A stretch of 64,000 nt of DNA from Thermodesulfobacteriota bacterium (GTDB taxonomy: Bacteria; Desulfobacterota; Desulfarculia; JACQYL01), in the NCBI GenBank assembly GCA_963675595.2, contig CAXXLZ010000002.1:480001-544000 (forward strand), given 5' to 3'. The translations under genes and the position numbers were made by a program. Shown here piece by piece: positions 39,735 through 51,287 of this stretch. Each line of letters begins with the position of its first letter. Within the stretch, counting starts at the first letter, position 1. Under the pieces are notes generated by a model, which made no database searches, was not told the origin of the DNA, and saw only the letters and a list, made by a program, of their open reading frames with translations.

Positions 39735-40850
39735 ATGGTCCGCATACGGGACATAGTAAATTTCTTCGAGGAATGGGCGCCGGCCCATACCGCGGAGGAG
39801 TGGGACTCTGTGGGTCTGCACATCGGAGATCCGGAATGGGAGGTGAGCTCGGTGTTGCTGGCCCTCGATCCCACCGGCGACGCCCTCCAAAAAGCGGTCG
39901 AAACCCGTTCCGGCCTTCTCTTCACCCACCACCCCCTCTTTTTCAAACCGATCAAAAACCTCGTCTTCGGTAATCCCGCAACCACCCTCGTGGAAACAGC
40001 CCTGAGGCACCAAGTGGCGGTTTACTGCGCCCACACCAACCTCGATGCCGCCATGGGGGGTGTAAACGATGTATTGGCCTCTCTCCTGGACATCCGTGTG
40101 GAAGGAGATCTCTCCGAAAGTCCTCCGGATCGCATGTGCAAGGTCGTGGTGTTCGTTCCCCCGGATCATCTGGAAAAGGTTCGTTCCGCGATCTTTGAGG
40201 CCGGTGGCGGGGTGATCGGAAAGTATTCCGGATGCTCATTCAATCTGCAGGGCACGGGCACTTACCTGCCCGAGGAAGGAACACGGCCCTACTCCGGTCG
40301 TGTGGGCCGTCGGGAAGAAACGGACGAAGTTCGGGTGGAGGTCGTGGCGCCTCGGGACCGGGTGGAAGGGATCATCCGGAAGACCCGCGAGGTGCATCCT
40401 TATGAGGAACCGGCGTATGATGTCTATCCATTGATGAATCCCACTCACCGAGGAGGAATGGGACGGATCGGCCGCCTCCCCGAGCCCATGGCCATGAAAA
40501 GTTTTGCGGAGAAAGTGCGTGGGCGGTTGGGGCTGAATCGGATCAAGGTCGCAGGCGACCCGGAAAAACGAATCGAAAAAGTCGCCGTCTGTGGAGGTTC
40601 CGGAGGATCGCTTCTGGGCCACGCCTTTCGACATCAAGCGGATGCATTCATCAGTGGAGAGTTCGGATATCACCAGGCCCTGGACGCGGTGGCGCAGGGA
40701 CTGACATTGATCGATACGGGACACTTCCCTTCGGAGAAACCGGTGCTGGAAGAGGTAAAGCGCCGTCTGGAAAGCCGTTTTTCCGGTAACGACGGGAATT
40801 TGGCCGTTCAGGTGTTTCACGAAGAAAAGGACGTGTTTTACTTTGCTTAG
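39735..40850 (+). CDS. Nif3-like dinuclear metal centre protein with PII-like insertion
   Basis: WDSVGL, THHPLFF, HTNLD, HPYEEPAYD, AVCGGSG, DTGHFPSE. Confidence 0.94.
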   Translation: MVRIRDIVNFFEEWAPAHTAEEWDSVGLHIGDPEWEVSSVLLALDPTGDALQKAVETRSGLLFTHHPLFFKPIKNLVFGNPATTLVETALRHQVAVYCAHTNLDAAMGGVNDVLASLLDIRVEGDLSESPPDRMCKVVVFVPPDHLEKVRSAIFEAGGGVIGKYSGCSFNLQGTGTYLPEEGTRPYSGRVGRREETDEVRVEVVAPRDRVEGIIRKTREVHPYEEPAYDVYPLMNPTHRGGMGRIGRLPEPMAMKSFAEKVRGRLGLNRIKVAGDPEKRIEKVAVCGGSGGSLLGHAFRHQADAFISGEFGYHQALDAVAQGLTLIDTGHFPSEKPVLEEVKRRLESRFSGNDGNLAVQVFHEEKDVFYFA

Positions 40851-40859
40851 GGGGTAGTT

Positions 40860-41618
40860 TTGATAGAATCAATCAAACGACTGATCGAACTGGCAGGAGA
40901 AGATGAGCAGATCCGGAAGCTGGAAGCCAGGCACGCCTCAATTCCCGCGAAGCTCCAGGAGATGGAGCAGAAGTCGGAAACCTTGAGGCAGGAGCTTACG
41001 GAGAATGAACAACGACTCCAGGAATGCCGGACCCGCAAGTCTCAGTTGGAAAAGGAAGTCGAAGAAATTCGTTCCAACATTTCGAAGTCCAACTCCAAGA
41101 GGTCGAAAATCAAGACCAACCGGGAATACTGGGCCATGATGAAGGAGGTGGAAGACCTCAAAGTCCTGCTGAAAACCAAGGAGGACGAGATCATCGCGGC
41201 CATGGAGGAGTTGGAAGGCATCGAGAAGACCTGCGACTCTCTCAGACATAATATCGAGTCCGTTCTGAAGGAGTCTGAAGGCGAGGCTCAACAGCTGAAA
41301 GGAGAGCTGAAAGAGGCGGAAACGGACCTTGAGCGCCATAGAACGGTCCGCCTCGATATTGTCGCCCCCATCGACGAGGACCTGCTTTACCAATATAATC
41401 GCCTCCTCAAGGTCCGGGGTGGTGAAGCCATCGCCGGTGTCCGCGACGGGGTATGTATGGCCTGCAACATGATGATTCCGCCGCAGCAGTATAACGAGCT
41501 CCAACGCAGCGACCGGCTGATGAAATGTCCTCATTGCCAACGCATCATTTACTGGCTGGACCATAAGGAACTTCAGGACTATATTCCTCAGCAGTTTGTT
41601 CGAGCGGAGGAAGAATGA
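40860..41618 (+). CDS. Coiled-coil C4 zinc-ribbon protein (DUF164/CT398-like)
   Basis: Long coiled coil, CMAC...CPHC; TTG start. Confidence 0.9.
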   Translation: MIESIKRLIELAGEDEQIRKLEARHASIPAKLQEMEQKSETLRQELTENEQRLQECRTRKSQLEKEVEEIRSNISKSNSKRSKIKTNREYWAMMKEVEDLKVLLKTKEDEIIAAMEELEGIEKTCDSLRHNIESVLKESEGEAQQLKGELKEAETDLERHRTVRLDIVAPIDEDLLYQYNRLLKVRGGEAIAGVRDGVCMACNMMIPPQQYNELQRSDRLMKCPHCQRIIYWLDHKELQDYIPQQFVRAEEE

Positions 41619-41731
41619 CTTCTCCGCGTCCGTTTTCGAAGCTCTTCGAGAAAATACCTTGGGCGCCCGGGTTGACTCGTTGAGTTATTGATCCAACCAT
41701 TAAACACAAACCGACTTCGAATGGTCGTGTT

Positions 41732-42102
41732 GGAGTAGTCCGGGTGATCGCCGGCTCCTTTTGTGAGCGGGAGGAAAGTCCGAGCTCCTCAGGGCAGGGT
41801 GGTCCGTAACGCGGACTGGGGGTGACCCCAAGGAAAGTGCCACAGAAAGTAAACCGCCTCCTTTATAAGGAGGTAAGGGTGAAACGGTGAGGTAAGAGCT
41901 CACCAGGTCCGGCGGCGACGCCGGATGCTCGGTAAACCCCACCCGGAGCAAGACCAAATAGGAGGGGAGTATTGAGGCGGCTCGTCTCTGACCCTCGGGT
42001 AGGTCGCTTGAGGTTCCGGGCAACCGGAGCCCTAGATGAATGATCACCGTCCCTCCCGGGGTGACCCGGGAAGGAAACAGAACTCGGCTTACGGACTGCT
42101 CC
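41732..42102 (+). ncRNA. rnpB: RNase P RNA (bacterial type A)
   Basis: GAGGAAAGTCC, AGTGCCACAGAAA, GGTAAACCCC, ACAGAACTCGGCTTAC conserved regions; P1 helix GGAGTAG/CTGCTCC; T-run follows. Confidence 0.97.
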
Positions 42103-42401
42103 AACACTTTTTTTATTCTTTGTGGGAGGCTCATCAACAAACCCCTGAAAAATCCCGTCGCTTCAAGCCGGTGAGCAGGCACGACTCGTAACGCTCGCGA
42201 ATCCCGGGGAACGGCCGGCACACAAAGCGAGCCCCGGTGGAGGAAAGTGAAGCTCGGTCCCCGGCTTGCAGACGGAGGGTTTGTCAGGGAGCCCCACGCG
42301 GCGACACGTTCTCGGGCCCACGGGTTTTTCCCTCCCGAAGAAAAAGGCGTTTTCAACGGAGGCACGGCCGCCAAGCGGTTCTGTGCCTCGACTTTTGCGG
42401 T

Positions 42402-43121
42402 ATGGACATGACTTCCCCTGTTTCGACCACGGCCTGCTGTTTCGCGGTGATCCCCGCTGCGGGACAGGGAATCCGCATGGGTACCGAACTCCAGAAGCAG
42501 TTTCTGGACCTTCGAGGAAGACCCATCCTCGCCGTGACCCTCGGTGTCTTCCAGCGATGTGATCAAATCGAGGGGGTGGTGCTTGTGGTCCCGGAGGACC
42601 GTATCGGTTTTTGCCGTCGGGAAATCGTTGAAAGATACGGTTTCTCCAAAGTAGCCTCCGTAGTGGCCGGGGGCCCCGAGCGACAGGATTCCGTATATAA
42701 CGGTCTGATGATGGTGCCGGAATCCGTTGAACTGGTGGCGATTCATGATGGGGTTCGCCCTCTGGTGTCTCCGGAAATCATTCGTCGAACCGTTGAGGCC
42801 GCAACGGTTTCCGGGGCGGCTCTCCCGGTTCTCCCTGTCCATGAAACCGTGAAGATGACGGAGGACGGCGTCACGGTCAGCCGCACCCTGGATCGACGGC
42901 GCGTCTTTCTGGCTCAGACGCCTCAGACGTTCCGGCGAGAACTCATCATTCAGGCCCACGAATGGGCACGAAAAAAGGGAATTCTGGGAACGGACGACGC
43001 CATGCTCGTGGAACAGACGGGCAAGAAGGTACACATGGTGCCCGGTTCCGGTGAAAACATCAAGATCACAACACCGGCCGACCTCGCCGTGGCCCAGTTG
43101 TCGGCGCGAGGCGGGTCATAA
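42402..43121 (+). CDS. ispD: MEP cytidylyltransferase
   Basis: IPAAGQGIRM, KQF, GGPERQDSV, IHDGVRP, QTPQ, TDDA, NIKITT. Confidence 0.96.
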   Translation: MDMTSPVSTTACCFAVIPAAGQGIRMGTELQKQFLDLRGRPILAVTLGVFQRCDQIEGVVLVVPEDRIGFCRREIVERYGFSKVASVVAGGPERQDSVYNGLMMVPESVELVAIHDGVRPLVSPEIIRRTVEAATVSGAALPVLPVHETVKMTEDGVTVSRTLDRRRVFLAQTPQTFRRELIIQAHEWARKKGILGTDDAMLVEQTGKKVHMVPGSGENIKITTPADLAVAQLSARGGS

Positions 43122-43192
43122 GCCGACCCCCCCGTGGGACCGGCGGTCCGACGGGCGGAGCGGGTCGGACGACATACGAAGGAGCCTTGCCT

Positions 43193-43666
43193 ATGCGAAT
43201 CGGGATGGGATACGATAGCCACAGATTCGCAGACAATCGGAAGCTCGTTCTGGGCGGGGTGGAGATTCCCCATTCTCTCGGTCTGGCGGGCCACTCCGAT
43301 GCGGATGTTCTGATACATGCTCTTTGTGACGCGCTTCTCGGAGCGGCCGGATTGGACGATATCGGTACTCAATTCCCGGACACGGACCCGGTTCATCGGG
43401 ACCGGCCCAGCATCGAGTTCTTGAGGGCCGTTGCGGCAATGATCGAGAAGGCCGGGCTGAGAACCGTCAACGTGGACATGACGGTGGTCACCGAAGCCCC
43501 GAAACTCAGACCCCATGTGGCGGAAATAAAAAAAAACCTGGCCGAAGCCTTGGGGATCGCCCCCCAATACGTGGGCCTCAAAGCCAAGACCAATGAAAAG
43601 ATGGGATTCATCGGACGAGGAGAAGGCATGGCGGCTATGGCGGTCGCCTTGGTGGAACCTTTATAG
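43193..43666 (+). CDS. ispF: MEcPP synthase
   Basis: RIGMGYDSH, GHSDADV, DIG..FPD, KAKTNE, GRGEG. Confidence 0.97.
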   Translation: MRIGMGYDSHRFADNRKLVLGGVEIPHSLGLAGHSDADVLIHALCDALLGAAGLDDIGTQFPDTDPVHRDRPSIEFLRAVAAMIEKAGLRTVNVDMTVVTEAPKLRPHVAEIKKNLAEALGIAPQYVGLKAKTNEKMGFIGRGEGMAAMAVALVEPL

Positions 43667-43755
43667 TCCTGACGCCCGACGATTGAACGGCGTTTTTAGG
43701 GAAGGATCCCCCCGAGCATTCTTCCCGCCCGGCTCAAGGAAATGAGGATGTCGCA

Positions 43756-45252
43756 ATGAAATCCGACGAAGTGCGGGTAAGATTCGCGCCCAGTCCCACG
43801 GGACTACTCCACATCGGAAATGCCCGCACGGCCCTTTTCAACCTGCTGTTCGCACGCGGACACGGCGGTAGACTGGTTTTGCGCATCGAGGATACCGATT
43901 TGGACCGCTCCGCCCAACGGTTCGCGGACGCCCAGATGGAAGACTTAAGATGGCTTGGAATCCATTGGGACGAGGGGCCGGACACTGGTGGCCCGCACGC
44001 CCCCTACCGGCAGACCGAGCGCCTGGACCTGTATCATGAGTTCCTCGATCGTTTGAAAGACTCCGACTTGGCTTATCCCTGCTACTGTTCTCCGGAGGAG
44101 CTGGAACGGGAACGAAAGGAGCAACTCTCCAGGGGTTTGCCGCCGAGATACTCGGGCAGATGTCGACGCCTTTCCGCCACGGAACGGTCCAATTTGGAGA
44201 AACGAGGCATTGTGCCGACGCTTCGATTTCGCGTGGACGAACAGTCGGTCACCTTCGACGACGCGATTCACGGACCCATCACCACGCCTCCCCATACGCT
44301 GGGTGACTTCATCGTGGTCCGGTCCACCGGGATTCCCGCTTACAATTTCGCCGTGGTGGTGGACGACATCCTCATGAGGATATCCCACGTGATACGGGGC
44401 GAAGACCACGTAAGCAACACACCGCGCCAAATTCTGCTTTACCGTTTCTTCGGAAAAGAGCCGCCCGTGTTCGCTCACCATCCGTTGATTGTGGGTAAGG
44501 ATCGCGCAAAGCTGAGCAAACGTCACGGCGCCGTTTCCGTCACCGCGTTCCGGGAGATCGGCATTCTCCCGCAAGCTTTGGCCAATTATCTGGCCTACCT
44601 GGGAGGCCATTTCCCCGATTCGAGGGAAATCTATTCCCTGGAAGAACTGGCGCGGATTTTCGATCTAGGCATGCTGGGGAGGAAAAGCGCCGCCTTTGAT
44701 CCGGACAAGCTCCACTGGTTCAACGCCCAGTACTTGCGGGACATGAGCCCTTCGGACGCCCTGGAGGCTGTGAAGCCGTTTATTGATTCGGATGTTTGTT
44801 CCATGGAGCACCAGTCCCGGGAACAACTTGAAGCCGCGGTAGCCGCCGTGCTTCCCAACGCCGCGACCTTAAAGGAACTGGCCCAATTCCTCGAACCGTT
44901 TTTGGCGCTCCGCGTGGCCTTCACGTCTGAAGCCACCGCCGCACTGGCGGAAACGGGTTCCGAAGCGGCATTGTCCGCCGTGGCGGAGGCTCTCCAAGAG
45001 ATCGAGGTTCTGGACGAAGGAAATCTGAAAAGTCTGATGAAGAACGCCCAAAAAAAATCCGGACTTAAAGGCCCTGCGTTTTATCATCCATTGAGGGCAG
45101 CCCTAACAGGCTCCATGCGGGGTCCGGAACTGGACAAGGCCTTTCTCCTTTTGGGAAAGGAGAGAATCCTGGATCGAGTCCGTGAGGGGAGAGAGTTCAT
45201 CGCGCACGGCCCTTCTCACGAAGGAGAGAAGGCCGAACAAGTCTCGGAATGA
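43756..45252 (+). CDS. gltX: Glutamate-tRNA ligase
   Basis: RFAPSPTG, HIGN, RIEDTD, IRGEDH, KLSKR, anticodon-binding domain. Confidence 0.95.
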   Translation: MKSDEVRVRFAPSPTGLLHIGNARTALFNLLFARGHGGRLVLRIEDTDLDRSAQRFADAQMEDLRWLGIHWDEGPDTGGPHAPYRQTERLDLYHEFLDRLKDSDLAYPCYCSPEELERERKEQLSRGLPPRYSGRCRRLSATERSNLEKRGIVPTLRFRVDEQSVTFDDAIHGPITTPPHTLGDFIVVRSTGIPAYNFAVVVDDILMRISHVIRGEDHVSNTPRQILLYRFFGKEPPVFAHHPLIVGKDRAKLSKRHGAVSVTAFREIGILPQALANYLAYLGGHFPDSREIYSLEELARIFDLGMLGRKSAAFDPDKLHWFNAQYLRDMSPSDALEAVKPFIDSDVCSMEHQSREQLEAAVAAVLPNAATLKELAQFLEPFLALRVAFTSEATAALAETGSEAALSAVAEALQEIEVLDEGNLKSLMKNAQKKSGLKGPAFYHPLRAALTGSMRGPELDKAFLLLGKERILDRVREGREFIAHGPSHEGEKAEQVSE

Positions 45253-45386
45253 CCTTTCCCGTATCCCGGGCGAAGACCCGGGTTTCGGCCGGGGGAAACC
45301 CTGTCCGACGGGGTTCGAGTCGCACTATCCGCGGACGATTTAAAAACGATTCCCGGTGAGAGACGACGTTCTCCCCGGGCAAGGGA

Positions 45387-46874
45387 ATGCAGATCATGCC
45401 ATTGGTCGTATACAACTCCGCATCTCGGAAAAAAGAAGTCTTCACACCCTTGCACGATAACGTGGTCAACGCCTACGTGTGCGGCATTACCGCATACGAT
45501 TACTGCCACATCGGCCACGCGCGTTCGGCGGTGGTCTTCGACGCCATTGTTCGGACGTTGCGCCATCTGGGCTTCCAGGTTCGCTACATTCGCAATTTCA
45601 CCGACGTGGACGACAAGATCATCCAGCGCGCCGATCGGGAAAACAGCACCTGCCGGGAAATTTCCCTGAAATTTATCGAAGAGTTCCGGAAGGACATGCA
45701 CGCCTTGGGAGTCCTGGACCCTGATGCGGAGCCTCTGGCCACCGAATACGTGCCCACCATGGTCGAAACGATTCGACGGTTGGAAGAAAAGGGGTTCGCG
45801 TACGAGGTGGGCGGCACCGTCTACTTCGCCGTCGATAGTTTTCCCGGCTACGGAAAGCTCTCAGGTCGCGATACGGAGGAGATGATCGCCGGTGCCCGAG
45901 TGGAAGTGGATGAGCACAAGCGGAATCCTTTAGACTTCGCCCTCTGGAAAGCGGCCAAGCCGGGAGAACCTCACTGGTCGAGTCCCTGGGGGGAAGGCAG
46001 ACCGGGCTGGCACATCGAGTGTTCCGTAATGAGTACCACAATTCTGGGTGATACCCTGGACATCCACGGCGGGGGCAAAGACCTTATCTTCCCCCACCAT
46101 GAAAACGAGGTGGCTCAGGCGGAAGCGGCCACGGGCAAGCCCTTCGTCCGATACTGGCTCCACAACGGCTTCGTGAACATCAACAAGGAAAAGATGTCCA
46201 AATCTCTGGGCAACTTCGTCATGATCCGGGAGCTTCTGGAGCGCTACCATCCCGAAACCCTTCGTCTATTCCTGCTGTCCAAACACTACCGGAGCCCACT
46301 GGACTTCACCGATGAAAACATGGCGGACGCTCAGGCCGGCCTCGAACGCATATACGGGGCGTTGCAGCGAGTTGAAGAGGCGTGCGACACCGCCGGAGAC
46401 GACAGTACCGGAGAAGCCGACCTTTCCGAAGCCGCATCGGAACTGATCGAGAGGACGGAATCCCTCGAGGCCCGATTCATGGAGGCCATGCAGGACGACT
46501 TCAACACGGCCAAAGCCGTTGGTTTCCTGTTCGACATGACCCGCGCCATGAACCGGTTGCTGGACTCCGTTCCGCTTCCTCTACCCTTCCGCGAGGCTTC
46601 CGTTCTGAGGAAAAGCGCCGAGGAAACCCTTCGTATGGCGGCAATCCTGGGACTGCTCCTCACGGGCTGGAGGACTTTTTTCCGCTTTCGGACGGACCAG
46701 GCATTAAAGGAAAAAGGATTGTCCGGAGAGGAAATCGAACGGTTGATCATCGAGCGTACCGAAGCCCGCAAGACGAAGAACTGGGCCCGCGCAGATGAAA
46801 TTCGGGACTACCTCAAGGACCGGGGAATCCTTTTGAAAGACTCGGCGGAAGGAACCAGTTGGGGAGTCGCCTGA
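45387..46874 (+). CDS. cysS: Cysteine-tRNA ligase
   Basis: [32 protein letters not shown]; start 45387 or 45396. Confidence 0.97.
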   Translation: MQIMPLVVYNSASRKKEVFTPLHDNVVNAYVCGITAYDYCHIGHARSAVVFDAIVRTLRHLGFQVRYIRNFTDVDDKIIQRADRENSTCREISLKFIEEFRKDMHALGVLDPDAEPLATEYVPTMVETIRRLEEKGFAYEVGGTVYFAVDSFPGYGKLSGRDTEEMIAGARVEVDEHKRNPLDFALWKAAKPGEPHWSSPWGEGRPGWHIECSVMSTTILGDTLDIHGGGKDLIFPHHENEVAQAEAATGKPFVRYWLHNGFVNINKEKMSKSLGNFVMIRELLERYHPETLRLFLLSKHYRSPLDFTDENMADAQAGLERIYGALQRVEEACDTAGDDSTGEADLSEAASELIERTESLEARFMEAMQDDFNTAKAVGFLFDMTRAMNRLLDSVPLPLPFREASVLRKSAEETLRMAAILGLLLTGWRTFFRFRTDQALKEKGLSGEEIERLIIERTEARKTKNWARADEIRDYLKDRGILLKDSAEGTSWGVA

Positions 46875-47005
46875 TCACCGCGGCGGCCGCTTAGAGGCAC
46901 GCTTGGAATTTACGTTGTTGGAGACCGCTGAAAACCGACGAAGCGTAACCCGCCCTCGGCGGACGGATCAAGTCTTTCCGCAGTGCGTGAAGGAACCTCT
47001 CCGGA

Positions 47006-49021
47006 TTGGATAAACGCCTTTTCCGCATTCATTCCGACTTCACATTGAAGGGAGACCAGCCCCGGGCCGTGGAGCAATTGGTACGTGGTCTGGAAATAGG
47101 TCTTCCGCACCAGGTATTGCTCGGCGTCACGGGATCGGGCAAGACCTTCACCATGGCCAAAGTGGTGGAAACGGTTCAGCGCCCCACGGTGGTCGTCGCC
47201 CCCAACAAGACGCTGGCGGCCCAACTGTTCGGAGAATTCAAGGAGCTGTTCCCGGAAAACGCGGTCGAATATTTCATCTCCTACTACGATTATTACCAGC
47301 CCGAAGCCTACATTCCTTCCTCCGACACCTACATCGAGAAGGACAGTCACATCAATGAGCACATCGATAAGATGCGCCATTCAGCCACCCGGTCCTTGCT
47401 GGACCGGCGGGATGTCCTTATCGTCGCCTCCGTGTCGTGCATCTACGGATTGGGCTCCCCGGAAGCCTACTACGGCATGCTGCTGCTCCTGGAACCCGGG
47501 CTGGAAATTTCCAGAGACGCGGCCATCCGCAAACTCGTGGAAATCCATTACGAACGCAACGACTACGACTTTCACCGCGGCACATTCCGAGTCCGGGGAG
47601 ACGTGGTCGAAATATTCCCCGCGTACGAAGAAGACCGGGCGCTGCGCGTGGAGTTCTTCGGCGATGAAGTAGATTCCATGAAGCTGTTCGATCCTCTCAC
47701 CGGGAGAGTGATTTCTCCGGTGGAACGAGCGGCGGTGTACCCGGCCAGCCACTATGTGACCACTCGAGATCGGCTGCTGCAGGCCATCAAGAACATCCGC
47801 GAAGAAATGAAGGAGCGTGTCGAATATTTTCGTGAGAACCACCGCCTCATCGAAGCGCAGCGCATCGAGGAGCGAACCATGTTCGACATGGAAATGATGC
47901 AGGAGCTCGGCTTCTGCCACGGCATCGAAAACTACTCCCGACATCTCACGGGTCGGAAGCCGGGCGAACCCCCTCCCACGCTGCTGGACTTCTTTCCCCG
48001 GGATTTACTGGTCATTTTGGACGAAAGCCACATCACCGTCCCTCAACTGGCCGCCATGTACCGAGGCGACCGATCCAGGAAGGAAACTCTGGTGGAGTAC
48101 GGCTTTCGATTGCCTTCCGCTCTGGACAACCGCCCCCTGAACTTCGAAGAATTTGAGGGCTTGGTTCCTCAAGTCATCCACGCCTCCGCCACTCCGGGCC
48201 CCTATGAACTTCGCAAGGCCGAAGGGCGTGTGGTGGAACAGATCATTCGACCCACGGGACTCATCGACCCGGCCATTTCGGTGCGGCCCGCACAGAACCA
48301 GGTGGACGACCTGTACGGGGAAATCCGTAAACGTGTGGAACGCAACGAACGGGTTCTGGTCACCACCCTGACCAAACGCATGGCCGAAGACCTCACCGAA
48401 TACCTCGCCAATATGGGCGTTCGAGTGAACTACATGCATTCGGACATCAACACCCTGGAGCGAATCAATTTGATCCGGGACCTACGCCTGGGGAACTTCG
48501 ACGTGCTCGTGGGAATCAACCTGCTGAGGGAAGGACTCGATCTGCCGGAAGTCACCCTGGTCGCCGTTCTGGATGCGGATAAGGAAGGATTCCTGCGCTC
48601 GGAACGCTCCCTCATTCAGACCATCGGGCGCGCCGCCCGCAACGTGGACGGGCAAGTCATCCTCTACGCGGACAGGATCACGGACTCGGTACGGCGGGCT
48701 GTGGACGAAACCGAACGCAGACGAAGTCTGCAAACCTCCTACAACGCCGAACATCACATCACGCCGGAAACCGTGCGCAAGAAGATTTCCGACGTTCTTT
48801 CCACGGTGTACGAAGCGGATTACTATACGGTCCCCGTAACCCCCGCGGCCGGGATTTCCGAAGAACAGGCCGAGTATGCCTCCCGCAGGGACCTGGAAGC
48901 CCTCATGAAGGGTCTGGAGAAGAAAATGAAGGAAGCGGCGCGTGAATTGCGATTCGAAGAGGCCGCCCAGTACCGGGACCGGCTCAAAGAGCTTCAGCGC
49001 ATGGAGCTGGACGGCCTGTGA
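47006..49021 (+). CDS. uvrB: Excinuclease ABC subunit B
   Basis: [33 protein letters not shown]-terminal UVR domain; TTG start. Confidence 0.97.
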   Translation: MDKRLFRIHSDFTLKGDQPRAVEQLVRGLEIGLPHQVLLGVTGSGKTFTMAKVVETVQRPTVVVAPNKTLAAQLFGEFKELFPENAVEYFISYYDYYQPEAYIPSSDTYIEKDSHINEHIDKMRHSATRSLLDRRDVLIVASVSCIYGLGSPEAYYGMLLLLEPGLEISRDAAIRKLVEIHYERNDYDFHRGTFRVRGDVVEIFPAYEEDRALRVEFFGDEVDSMKLFDPLTGRVISPVERAAVYPASHYVTTRDRLLQAIKNIREEMKERVEYFRENHRLIEAQRIEERTMFDMEMMQELGFCHGIENYSRHLTGRKPGEPPPTLLDFFPRDLLVILDESHITVPQLAAMYRGDRSRKETLVEYGFRLPSALDNRPLNFEEFEGLVPQVIHASATPGPYELRKAEGRVVEQIIRPTGLIDPAISVRPAQNQVDDLYGEIRKRVERNERVLVTTLTKRMAEDLTEYLANMGVRVNYMHSDINTLERINLIRDLRLGNFDVLVGINLLREGLDLPEVTLVAVLDADKEGFLRSERSLIQTIGRAARNVDGQVILYADRITDSVRRAVDETERRRSLQTSYNAEHHITPETVRKKISDVLSTVYEADYYTVPVTPAAGISEEQAEYASRRDLEALMKGLEKKMKEAARELRFEEAAQYRDRLKELQRMELDGL

Positions 49022-49043
49022 ACGACCGTGTATATCTTGCCAT

Positions 49044-49100
49044 ACCGTTGAAAAATGCGATCTACGGCGTTGCGCTTCGCCCCTCGTCACTGTTGCGGTA
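49044..49100. repeat. Family A element, partial copy
   Basis: ACCGTTGAAAAATGCGATCTACGGCGTTGCGCTTCGCCCCTCGTCACTG matches the first part of copy 1. Confidence 0.7.
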
Positions 49101-49365
49101 GAGAAAACCTCCTCGATTCCCTTCCCAAGGAGTGTCCGGAGGGGAAATCGTAAGAAGACCTAAAGGGCGTTAGAACCTTTCTTGTGGTATCAAAATGAGG
49201 CGCTTGAAAGGTCCGTGAGTAGCCTCGAGTTTTGGGAGGTAATCCGGCCGCCCGACGGACTGCGATCCGCACCTGGGAATACTCAGCGGAGTTTGGGAGC
49301 CCTAAAGGAGGCGGGAGGCGGGAAACAGTCCATGGATGATATTCCGGAAAGAGCGAAAATCTCCG

Positions 49366-49671
49366 ATGACCACGGACATCCATATCCCCAAAAAGAAGAT
49401 TGCCGGGTTTTGCATAAAACGTCACATCCGGACCCTCGCAATCTTCGGATCGGCGCTGCGTTCCGATTTTCATGCCGACAGCGATATCGATGTACTGGTC
49501 GAGTTTGAGCCGGACCACATTCCCGGTCTCTTTGGAATAGCGCGCATGGAGAGGGCGCTTTCCGGTTTGTTCGGCGGCAGAAAGGTCGACCTGCGAACGC
49601 CGGAGGATTTGAGCCCCTATTTTCGCCGGAGAGTGCTCCAACAGGCGAAGGTGCAGTATGCAAAAGGATGA
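49366..49671 (+). CDS. Minimal nucleotidyltransferase antitoxin (MntA-like)
   Basis: 101 aa; GS-x10-DID motif ([15 protein letters not shown]), KVDL. Confidence 0.92.
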   Translation: MTTDIHIPKKKIAGFCIKRHIRTLAIFGSALRSDFHADSDIDVLVEFEPDHIPGLFGIARMERALSGLFGGRKVDLRTPEDLSPYFRRRVLQQAKVQYAKG

Positions 49672-49855
49672 CGTCATCCGCCTGCGTCATATGAGGGACG
49701 CAGCCGTTGAAGCCGTGACTTTCGCTCGGGGCCGCACGCGCTCGGACCCGACTTCGGACCGGATGTTGGTCTTGGCCCTGATCAAGGATATTGAAATCGT
49801 GGGCGAGGCCGCCTACCGTGTCTCCGAAACCACACGGAGCCGACTGTCGGACATT
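49658..49855 (+). pseudogene. HEPN/DUF86 (HepT-like) toxin, 5' fragment
   Basis: RLRHM...IEIVGEAA; homology ends at ...RLSDI, where an insertion starts. Confidence 0.85.
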
Positions 49856-49902
49856 CGTACCTGTTCACAGGGTTGCCGGGGGACCCCTGTTCCCCCGGAC
49901 CC

Positions 49903-51287
49903 CATAAGCGCTAACTTAAGCCTTTTGTTTTGGTGAGGTTTATGGTACCGTTGCCGCCAAAGGAGGTGGCAATGGAGCGTCTCGTTTTTTCCGAGGAAAT
50001 GGAAGACTGGGAAGTTCTCCAGGGTTTTCTTCCCGATGGCTGGCAATCCAAAGCAAGGGAACTTGGTGCCGTTGTCAGATACCGTAAGTTCGTGGACGCC
50101 GAAGGTCTGTTGCGAACGCTTCTGATCCATCTGGCGGAAGGTTGCTCACTTCGGCTGACGGCGGCCAAAGCCAGGTTCGGCAACATTACGTCGATTTCCG
50201 ACGTAGCTCTCCTAAAACGACTGAATAAATGCGGAGAGTGGTTTCGGTGGATGGCCTTAGGGGTCATGGAGAAATGGTTTCGAAAGCTGCCCGCCGTTGT
50301 TTTTGGAGAGAATTCACGCATCAGGTTGATCGATGCCTCCACCATTCAAGAACCTGGAAGTACCGGAACGACTTGGAGGGTCCATTATTCCATACAATTG
50401 CCTTCGCTGCGCTGCGACGAAGTCTATGTAACAGACCCCAAGATCGGAGAATCCTTCACCAATTTCAAAGTCCATGGCGGTGAACTTCTTGTAGCGGATA
50501 GAGCCTATTGCACACCAAGAGGAATTCACCATGTCATAGACAACGGCGGCGACGTCCTGGTTCGAATGAAACACCGTGTCGCCATGGTGGACAAGCAAGG
50601 GGAACGATTCCAATTACTCCCTCATCTAAGGACGTTACGTGTAAATAAGCTTGGCGACTGGGATGCATTCGTTCCATTTGAACAACGCTTGGTTGCAGGT
50701 AGAATCTGTGCCATCAAGAAGAGCAAAGACGCCACTGAAAAAGCTCGTAAAGCGATAGAAAAAGAGGCGAGGAAAAAAGGTCGCCAAGTTACTCCGGACA
50801 CCCTCGAAGCGGCGGCCTACATATTTGTTTTCACAACATTGGGCCGTGAAATCTCGCCCTCTCAGGTCCTCGAGATGTACCGAGGTCGATGGCAAATTGA
50901 ACTCGCTTTCAAGCGTCTAAAGTCCATTCTCGGTTTAGGCCATCTTAGAAAGACCGACATCGAAGGAGCCAAGGCCTGGATCCATGGGAAACTACTGGTG
51001 GCTTTCTTAGTGGAGGCCATGATCGCCGCAGGCGAATCTTTTTTTCCCTGGGGATACCCACTCCAAAAAGAACCACCGTAGAAATCGATGCTTCTGGAGA
51101 GAGACCATGTTTATGTTACACCTGCTGAAACAAGCCGTGAACCCTAAACTCGGCTTGGCCGAATGCATTGCCGGCTGGGATAACATATCTTTTTATTTGC
51201 GAGAACCGCCAAGGAAACGAGCACTTCAGCGGCTGATTCCTCAGACGGAAAGAAGCATAGCAAACAATGCTTAAGTTAGCGCTTATG
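49903..51287 (+). mobile_element. IS4-family, IS186-like insertion sequence (1385 bp)
   Basis: Perfect 19-bp TIR CATAAGCGCTAACTTAAGC; 11-bp target duplication CCCCCGGACCC at 49892-49902 and 51288-51298; lower GC. Confidence 0.95.
49972..51081 (+). CDS. IS4-family DDE transposase
   Basis: 369 aa from ATG with AAGGAGG RBS; IDAS, ADRAY, YRGRWQIELAFKRLK (YREK). Confidence 0.94.
   Translation: MERLVFSEEMEDWEVLQGFLPDGWQSKARELGAVVRYRKFVDAEGLLRTLLIHLAEGCSLRLTAAKARFGNITSISDVALLKRLNKCGEWFRWMALGVMEKWFRKLPAVVFGENSRIRLIDASTIQEPGSTGTTWRVHYSIQLPSLRCDEVYVTDPKIGESFTNFKVHGGELLVADRAYCTPRGIHHVIDNGGDVLVRMKHRVAMVDKQGERFQLLPHLRTLRVNKLGDWDAFVPFEQRLVAGRICAIKKSKDATEKARKAIEKEARKKGRQVTPDTLEAAAYIFVFTTLGREISPSQVLEMYRGRWQIELAFKRLKSILGLGHLRKTDIEGAKAWIHGKLLVAFLVEAMIAAGESFFPWGYPLQKEPP

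Noticed and set aside
42238-42256. GGAGGAAAGTGAAGCTC resembling the 5' conserved region of rnpB
   Set aside because: Short match with none of the other RNase P conserved regions nearby; likely chance.
41700-43034. 444-aa minus-strand ORF
   Set aside because: Antisense to rnpB and ispD.
49856-49936. C-terminal tail of the 92-aa HEPN ORF in the track
   Set aside because: Read-through into MITE and IS sequence, not toxin-derived.
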